Shown piece after piece: positions 50,601 through 54,328 of a stretch of DNA of 54,328 bases (position 1 is the stretch's first letter; every line of letters starts with the position of its first letter). The DNA comes from a virus. Its lineage: Duplodnaviria > Caudoviricetes. Where the stretch lies: positions 1 through 54,328 of the IMG/VR virus record IMGVR_UViG_3300021602_000009, one strand, 5' to 3'. The notes under the pieces were generated by a model. The model saw only the letters and a list, made by a program, of their open reading frames with translations, did no database searches and was not told the origin of the DNA. The translations under genes and the position numbers were made by a program.

Positions 50601-53600
50601 ATTTGTTGCGGTCGTTTGCCGAAGGCGTATTATTCAATTCAGGAACAGACGCACCGAACTTAAACCAGGGCAAAGGCGGAAAAGAATACGACAAGAAAGC
50701 ACAAGAAACCTTGTCGGAATTCCGCAAAGCCGTATTGGTTTACAATACCAACCAAAAAACCACCGGCAGACGTGACCAACGCGAAGGTACAGACTATTAT
50801 GCCACACCCGAACCGGTAGGACAAAAAATGGTTGATTGGTTAGGACTACAAGCCGGAGAAACAGCAATGGAACCAAGCGCAGGACACGGAGCAATAGCAA
50901 TGTGGTTTCCTGAAAAAGTAAACGTAACCGTAGTTGAGCCAAGTTATAAGCTATTCTCAAAACTGAATGCACGAGCAGGAGGAGGAGGTAGAAAGATGAT
51001 TAATGATATATTCGAGAATTTGAATGTAATCAATAAGTTCAACGGAGTAGCCATGAATCCACCGTTTGGAAGTGGCGGTAAAACAGCCGTGGAGCATGTG
51101 GCCAAAGCATTTGACCATTTACAGAACAACGGACGTATAGTAGCCATTATTCCACAAGGACAGGCCGATGGACGGTTGGACAAATTCCTTGAAGAAAACA
51201 ATAACGCTCACTTAGTAGCTTCGATAAAACTACCTTCAGTAACTTTTGAACAAGCCGGAACGAAAGTAGGGACACGCATTGTGGTGATTGATAGGATTGA
51301 TTTGCCAACGGAATACGCGGTAAGACAAGAAATAAGCAAAGAAGAAACCAACGACATTGTTTCAGGCAAAAGAATTGGTTTTATGTCAAAGGAAGAAAAG
51401 GCAGCAGCTATTGAAAAACGCATGAATGAAATTCGTGCTGAACTTCCACGGACACAGAATATGGATTTGTCGGGAGACAAAAACATTGATGAACTATTCA
51501 ATGAGATTGAGGATTTGAGCGTAGAGCCAAGACAAAACCCCTCCGCTTCGCTCGTCCCCTTAGAAAGGGGACAGTCGGAAGGAGAAGTTGTTGCGGAAAA
51601 TACGAACGAAGGTAAATTACTTCCGGTAGAAGAATTTGTGCATACTCAAACAGGACAAAAGCTGTACAACGTGAAGATAAACGGACGTAGTGACGATTAT
51701 ACCACTATGTCGGATATAGCTAAGAAATTCAATCCTTACAACGCTGGCCGTCCGTGGAATAAATTTTCGAAAGGATTTTTATTTGCTGACAGGAATGATG
51801 CGGTGAAGTTTAAGAATGAAGTGGAAGAAGTGAAGCCGGAATATAAACTTGTAGATGAGAATGATAAAAAGTCATTAAGTCCGTCAGAAAAAACACAAAA
51901 TAAAATTGATTCAAAGTTTCCAACGCCTGAATACAAAATTATAGGCGAAAAAGGCGCAGCTAACCTTGACAAAGCCGAAGAAGCTACTACCAGACTGGAT
52001 AATTTGAAGGTTGCAAGGGAAATGGAGAAAACATTTAACAAACAATCGGAAAAAGATATTAAAGATGGGTGGCTTAATGAAAACTATGCTTTTGTAAGAC
52101 AAACTAAAGATAATAAATTAATACGCCTTGCTACCGGTTGGGAAAAAGGAGTGGATGGATTGTGGAGGTATGAAGTTCCGGACGGAAAATTCTCAAAAAG
52201 AATGCTACAAGAGAAACATGATGGGCAAATGAAACTTTCCGAAGCATGGGAGGACGAACAACTGTTTAAGACATATCCACAATTGAAAGATATTGATGTT
52301 GATATGTTTGTTGGTCGTTTTGCAAAGAAAGGTGGAAGTTTTAATCCTGAAACTAATAAAATAATAATTGCTGCAAACGAAACAGAACAAGCACGTTCAA
52401 TAATGGTGCATGAGATTCAACATACCATACAGCACGAAGAAGGTTTTGCACAGGGTGGAAGTGTAGACATGTTTTCAAATTCAAGAAATAATACAAGAAG
52501 ATTATTTACTGATTTAGATGAAGCATTTGACAAATTAGGATATACTGAATGGCTTAAAAATGCGGACGATGACACGTTTAAGAAAATAATGTCAATTGAT
52601 AAGAATTTTGCAGGTATGTACGTTTTTGCCGAAACCCAAAGCGAAAACGTGAAAAGCAAAATGATTAAGAAATTAGATGAAGCTGATGCAGTAATCAAAG
52701 AAAACGATGCTATTTTTGGAAAACACGGTAGATATGCAGATATAAAAGATACACAACTATATCATAATCTTTCCGGTGAAGTAGAAGCTCGTAATGCTTC
52801 CACCCGAATGAACTTAACCCCTGAAGAACGCCAACAACGTTTACTCAGCGAAACAGCCGACGTAGCACCAGAAGAACAGATTGTATTAATGGACGGATTA
52901 GGAGTAAGCGAAAGCGTACCCGAAAAACCTGAATTTACACCCGAAAAACCCCTTCAACAATACGCCACGGAGATAAACGCTTATAATGAGAAGATAAAAG
53001 CCATTGAGGACCGGAAGCAGGAATTGAAGAAAAAGCGTGATGACAAGACAATAAGCAATGTGGACTTTGAGAAACAAGCACAGCAGTTGAATGTAGAGAA
53101 ATCGCATTTAGTAGAAAAGCTGAAAAGGATTGAAGCGGGGACGAGTAAGCCGGAGGACTTTGAAGAAGTAGGTAGTAGGCAGTCGGCAGTCGGTAGTGAA
53201 GAAAATACAACAGTAAGCAGTAATAAGCAAGCAGCAAGCAGTGAGGGAACAAAACCACCTACTCCACCAACCACAAGTAAGGCTACCAAATTGGCAGCGG
53301 AAGCCGGTGAGAATATATCGGAAAAGTTGCGGGACGAATTAGATTCAAAGATTGGTCGTGGCGAAGGTAAGTTGGCATTCCGTTTACAAGAAGCATATCA
53401 GGATCAGCATTTGGCAGTAAAAGAATTTCAGGAAGTATTGAAAAATAACGGAATGAAGATTACTCCAATGAATGACTGGTATATGCGTGTAACTGCATTG
53501 GGTGGAATGAATGACAGTCAGATGGATTATTACGAGCACCATTTCAATCTTCCTATTATGAAGGAAGTGAACCGCATGGAGAAAATATCTTCTTACCGTG

Positions 53601-54328
53601 ATATTGAAAACTACATGATGCAGAAACATGGATTGGAGCGTAATGAATGGATGAGCCAGGAAGAAGCTAAAAAAGAATTGGACAAAAAATATAACTTTGA
53701 TGAATACGACCAACAGGAAAAGTCATTGAACAAGCAAGCTGAAAAACTGGATGAACAAATAAAGTCAGCAGATGAAAATACTGAAACTGAAAATTTAAAA
53801 AAACAATTGAGTGATGTTTACAAAGAGCTTACTCAACTTGAAAAAAAGAGAAAATTCAGGGAAAAAATGAAAGATGCTGAATTTAATGGCATTAAAAACA
53901 CGTTGGAAGAAGCAGAAGCCAATAAATGGTACGAAAATCAAAAGGAATATATTGATAATTCATTGCAAAACGAAAGCATTACACCGGAAGAATATGAGAA
54001 AAGAGTAAAGAATTTAGATATTATCTTTGAAAAAGGTTACAAAAATAAGTACGAAGCTAAAGACTATTCCGGTATCACTGCCATTGAAGAAGAAACAGGC
54101 ATGCCGGCACAACAATATATTGACGAATTTGAAGCTAAACACGATGTAACCAGGTTTTGGGAACTGATAAACAAAGCCACTAAAAACGCTACACAGACAC
54201 AGTTTGACAATGGAATGTTGGATAAAGAAACCTTTGAAGATTTAAAGACACGGTACAAGTACTATATTCCGTTACGTGGATTTGACAAAGAAATAGCAGA
54301 GGACCGTTACGATTACAGTCCTGATAAC
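41690..54328 (+). CDS. Giant polyvalent (DarB-like) protein, ~4,949 aa, continuing through the origin to 2339
   Basis: Contains a pyrophosphatase-like domain (DNDPIDVF, FDESKVMLGF; ~46200-46680), HETAH (~47040), an SF2 helicase (GTGTGKT ~48930, DESH, SAT, GKEGISLHD), an adenine MTase (EPSAGHG, NPPF; ~50790-51070) and an LPD23-like region (GWEKGVDGLWRYE, HEIQH, GEVEARN). The track lists no closed ORF in this frame, consistent with no internal stop. Confidence 0.88.
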   Translation, partial: MPTNDKVQALYDQLTTDGYNLGDYNTFATKLDNPEKVKSLYEGITKDGYNVGDFDTFSSKIGSAPMTRPQEQSYALTPEIKQGIDIGNGGSVKDAQGNVSTPYPRKGTIDSTSINTPSVEIPASELPQDNNRIVIPTLDYGVKPLQNDAIKPLQDYQPIKLATQKEAINPTNNPKIDVNKPAQVKSRNWDQRILDSAIQSVNSLGGGVEGAIGDYYQKMQDIWGFDWMGKLADKFSLASAEVNEGAKDFKKNNPEEGLPEMIGGILPMAAATVADVYTGGALTPAIMGTFGVSGYGDGIRMYDDIKSANGEQGDDLARTGAGLGYSAVMLGTMNALTKFGVGGVQKLAKSAVLPEIISNVFKSSPKAFEGGAKELFEAYAKAQPSIAGQLLKNGVHSVATMEGMELSKMGINALIGQKQTLKDWTNTATSAAVSGLLFTAVAPFSIKYANDANLARIMAQKEVTIAMDGKNPIELIPTKNGMQGRTPDNKLVKVTPEMENNSFTIESNHFIDLLKQFKQSKTVDPNLERNVFSNRVAGVLKNFITDKGNIQVAVDEQGNKLYISGKDENGNLIGVNGSGEVQPIPENAKIESAPVGDVHESIMAEYDKQQKNGDKRDNSDVLQNALPDGTDNMESIVNPTIPEDIDPINPTSHVQVGIETLQTQQAMEKALEGMDFTFDPKVAELDPQEQHAILLQVLEDEKLSDEQKQSISDYLNSVAVSKQLHAQRQIARNNQLQFVNDELRGSVNQKTGTLVRANIKGDENAQNVFVTGGLAIKTTPPPSGTPLETSGELREFEVDPENSDETIFYKTGRKNANGTPEVLPTTIDNLEVVDQSDLEQTISETQAAWNDHFQKQDNGIDAAVQEYFAPTTSPNPSQGGEQNQDPLQGISSGDTVNYIDDNGDQQSGIIQIDPVLRQEGKVFINDEEWPMENVLPKQSQEPSAKSQDSVDNGDVADNKQQPTSQYPELQDGTPDFNNMTDEQVINYTRETKGEEAANALVQRQVKRLQGQISENQRATAKHTEDTNKLLAKSKTMQEDNAIEAKQAAKAIALKEEFTTLSTKLAEMQTYLPKVEAPAPVETPQQAPKLRPEIAQLQKEEAERKAKEEAVSSKQSAVSSEEPKPIESAINDENPAISGEKNKINTPFQQRQNNLGDYVDMEDYILRAIAGGLKFKWKTDGVKKGMADELGFGDKVGERRNYLNLIDEKNGITPQDFAHNIWNEYGEDGNAGEIPGVRNMTDQDILNLVHDVLRATKSNTSALEQAEAKRNNFELTPEDYGIYDSLTPQEINYLEQIPDDILESYLGITNFTPEQLDYVTNLQNEYGKTNDQSANSSPSERNQGLESEESIQSGQSNRQEVVEQKFLTEKEFIKQYLLDYIDKNGISEQDFEDSDSYDDIFNEASDTYPEYITELKNTGKLQEWFDSAKLGDKISIRKGTETAGFEVNDFVDTNKEKNDSKAKREEEKKAEQERLFKSIGIDKKSNNQPKEPVLSQPQLDTQELDTYIAEQDHNTNPTDKQKETGIYPKARVNLQHHNITIETLKGTERSGIDEGGQKWSVTMQNHYGELDGTVGYDNDPIDVFIGPNPKQGEIFVVDQILPDGSFDESKVMLGFDSAEEAKAAYMSNYSEGWDGFGSITPAGDNFKAWLYDGKKQKKPFAEYVGTPKAVETSGDNGDVADNKTQLTPSERYDNATTPEERHAAAVEIVQALEKTLHVGTTPAQVLKSTDEFMSTLKTHISDAEYQKAEQYLASGQKLAAVRLGGKILINMEHNFDAKVLTESYMHETAHKAFDVAFRGEDLSNLDIPNIQDYIPSVYWGEDNAMKATEVVAHYVEELLNKYTPEQIKNGEIDLSLLNEDVQYIVTKTLNKLTNGKIDSIGQERFNDLRSISASDRGIQADGHSGKNDVGETGDSKPDNGKPGTEPRFTNGKIISKTKTPIGTEVKVKYKTPIGAETKIFYTDGEIPMTFNTEADIDKFKESLSGQVQSEIKPETERERILREKLDKLRGKLGINEKPEYKISEPTGKLDDTGQLVSDNISIGKDIPQGETFAEWQKSKLPEWTDYALQIVNKVANKQYLEQMDLQDLATIYNAAVRNNYQGWEQSDINDVVSILVHNNIFRVRDEAERKRYENIYRAIKNLQPEFKRLDSETTDLALDITEMLFEDGDVSFPDYSARMIEAMGEGIKPYLSGFYELSRVSVPQEGMTPAAEVANFDIKNFNHKEYVSNRPRNSQPNSTPANEVRPDADLIPVNGAGSGSMGSRSPKSGGKTVGQPSGKSRGDLQPTLFGEQSDNELLPTESAVEKPATGDTDGRGNGIDSPERHLFDGGTSESGHQDNVGLPETFKERTARKIIEQRNAEYIPVQLMDEANVRETLPLLLPEQQDDVLKAENRFFGEQHKTNEAAHGKGMLFTNGTGTGKTYTGLGIAKRFDKQGKKNILIVVPSEAKIGDWVQDGQNIGLSITPLTSTKDAGQNAVITTYANFRANDALKDRDFDLVMYDESHRLMEEKSGATSSTTNAHYGHSNVSEWQAFNRLQSINPAYQEIEALYEQIRTARDKRPLEEKVLQLQKAYNQNVKLVLQERAKRAYENTKVVFLSATPFKGHFNLKYANGSLFDWGNETITNGRGSRVNPEAQFYLNNFGSAYEWKFHRLQKKQNSNAEAVAMQEIEFSQRLMAQGAMSGRAIESDKDYSREFPLVALDKAEVFNQALNEIYSDEFGELSEAAHKVFNDYNYTTKLFESLKASMNIQRIQDHLDLGRKVIVFHRRKQANVLPPFQSILDQTRQLADQYVSEAVETNDIAKKAELIHKANEMRKKSEQFETKYADLLTYEQTLNYDPSITQINEAFPGQVVSMNGDTPKKDKSKNVALFNDDNSGKNIIVVQEEAGKEGISLHDTTGKHQRVLISLSLPISSTTALQIEGRPYRIGNESDAIFEYPLLGLDQEISDFGQKINKKLSTTENLAIGDQARDLLRSFAEGVLFNSGTDAPNLNQGKGGKEYDKKAQETLSEFRKAVLVYNTNQKTTGRRDQREGTDYYATPEPVGQKMVDWLGLQAGETAMEPSAGHGAIAMWFPEKVNVTVVEPSYKLFSKLNARAGGGGRKMINDIFENLNVINKFNGVAMNPPFGSGGKTAVEHVAKAFDHLQNNGRIVAIIPQGQADGRLDKFLEENNNAHLVASIKLPSVTFEQAGTKVGTRIVVIDRIDLPTEYAVRQEISKEETNDIVSGKRIGFMSKEEKAAAIEKRMNEIRAELPRTQNMDLSGDKNIDELFNEIEDLSVEPRQNPSASLVPLERGQSEGEVVAENTNEGKLLPVEEFVHTQTGQKLYNVKINGRSDDYTTMSDIAKKFNPYNAGRPWNKFSKGFLFADRNDAVKFKNEVEEVKPEYKLVDENDKKSLSPSEKTQNKIDSKFPTPEYKIIGEKGAANLDKAEEATTRLDNLKVAREMEKTFNKQSEKDIKDGWLNENYAFVRQTKDNKLIRLATGWEKGVDGLWRYEVPDGKFSKRMLQEKHDGQMKLSEAWEDEQLFKTYPQLKDIDVDMFVGRFAKKGGSFNPETNKIIIAANETEQARSIMVHEIQHTIQHEEGFAQGGSVDMFSNSRNNTRRLFTDLDEAFDKLGYTEWLKNADDDTFKKIMSIDKNFAGMYVFAETQSENVKSKMIKKLDEADAVIKENDAIFGKHGRYADIKDTQLYHNLSGEVEARNASTRMNLTPEERQQRLLSETADVAPEEQIVLMDGLGVSESVPEKPEFTPEKPLQQYATEINAYNEKIKAIEDRKQELKKKRDDKTISNVDFEKQAQQLNVEKSHLVEKLKRIEAGTSKPEDFEEVGSRQSAVGSEENTTVSSNKQAASSEGTKPPTPPTTSKATKLAAEAGENISEKLRDELDSKIGRGEGKLAFRLQEAYQDQHLAVKEFQEVLKNNGMKITPMNDWYMRVTALGGMNDSQMDYYEHHFNLPIMKEVNRMEKISSYRDIENYMMQKHGLERNEWMSQEEAKKELDKKYNFDEYDQQEKSLNKQAEKLDEQIKSADENTETENLKKQLSDVYKELTQLEKKRKFREKMKDAEFNGIKNTLEEAEANKWYENQKEYIDNSLQNESITPEEYEKRVKNLDIIFEKGYKNKYEAKDYSGITAIEEETGMPAQQYIDEFEAKHDVTRFWELINKATKNATQTQFDNGMLDKETFEDLKTRYKYYIPLRGFDKEIAEDRYDYSPDN
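48363..48749 (+). CDS. Candidate nested gene in the +1 frame of the giant gene (128 aa)
   Basis: A-rich start context and globular-looking sequence, while the host frame here is a low-complexity linker. Confidence 0.45.
   Translation: MYLIDQETANQIALQPMKYDQMQTLFQSTEPEAEAWEAEARKVVEKQSDSQVARAVVIYSPLYLENKAITNYCQQNPQLRNQLPEILTAEEMALIAQKDIFLTEEQVNQVIKITLDYQKRLKSAQPEK
51535..51573 (+). repeat. Family A REP-like repeat, in frame inside the giant gene
   Basis: Translated as NPSASLVPLERGQ. Confidence 0.85.
54201..54326. repeat. Terminal direct repeat, copy 2
   Basis: Identical to 1-126. Confidence 0.95.

Noticed and set aside
3532-51573. CRISPR array formed by the palindromic repeats
   Set aside because: The copies are dispersed kilobases apart without regular spacers, and no cas genes are present.
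42337-54258. Many minus-strand ORFs in the track
   Set aside because: They are antisense shadows of the giant plus-strand gene and carry no recognisable motifs.

Overview
This window looks like the complete circular genome (54,200 bp; bases 1-126 recur at 54201-54326) of a temperate Bacteroidota phage with podovirus-like genes. It has a capsid/fibre/lysis/terminase block (10.6-22.3 kb) and a lysogeny block with a tyrosine integrase and an attP holding the 3' half of tRNA-Pro(TGG) (22.6-25.9 kb). Early/replication genes (25.6-32.3 kb) are followed by a portal/tail/ejection block (33.3-41.7 kb). A ~4,949-aa polyvalent (DarB-like) protein, absent from the ORF track except for its last 774 aa, runs from 41690 across the origin to 2339. 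The top candidate for an undescribed system is an integron-like locus at 4530-8795: a second, short tyrosine recombinase lacking the IntI-specific insertion sits divergently from an attI-like site and four cassettes delimited by attC-like hairpins. Each cassette's two ends are self-complementary, and the cargo is two DNA methyltransferases, a lipoprotein and small ORFs. Other notable items are a circularly permuted two-piece tmRNA with an atypical tag, a rhomboid protease alongside a capsid protein with a hydrophobic leader, +1-frame ORFs nested in the giant gene, two candidate regulatory RNAs, and REP-like/heptamer repeats inserted in-frame into proteins. All calls come from reading motifs by eye; no searches were run.
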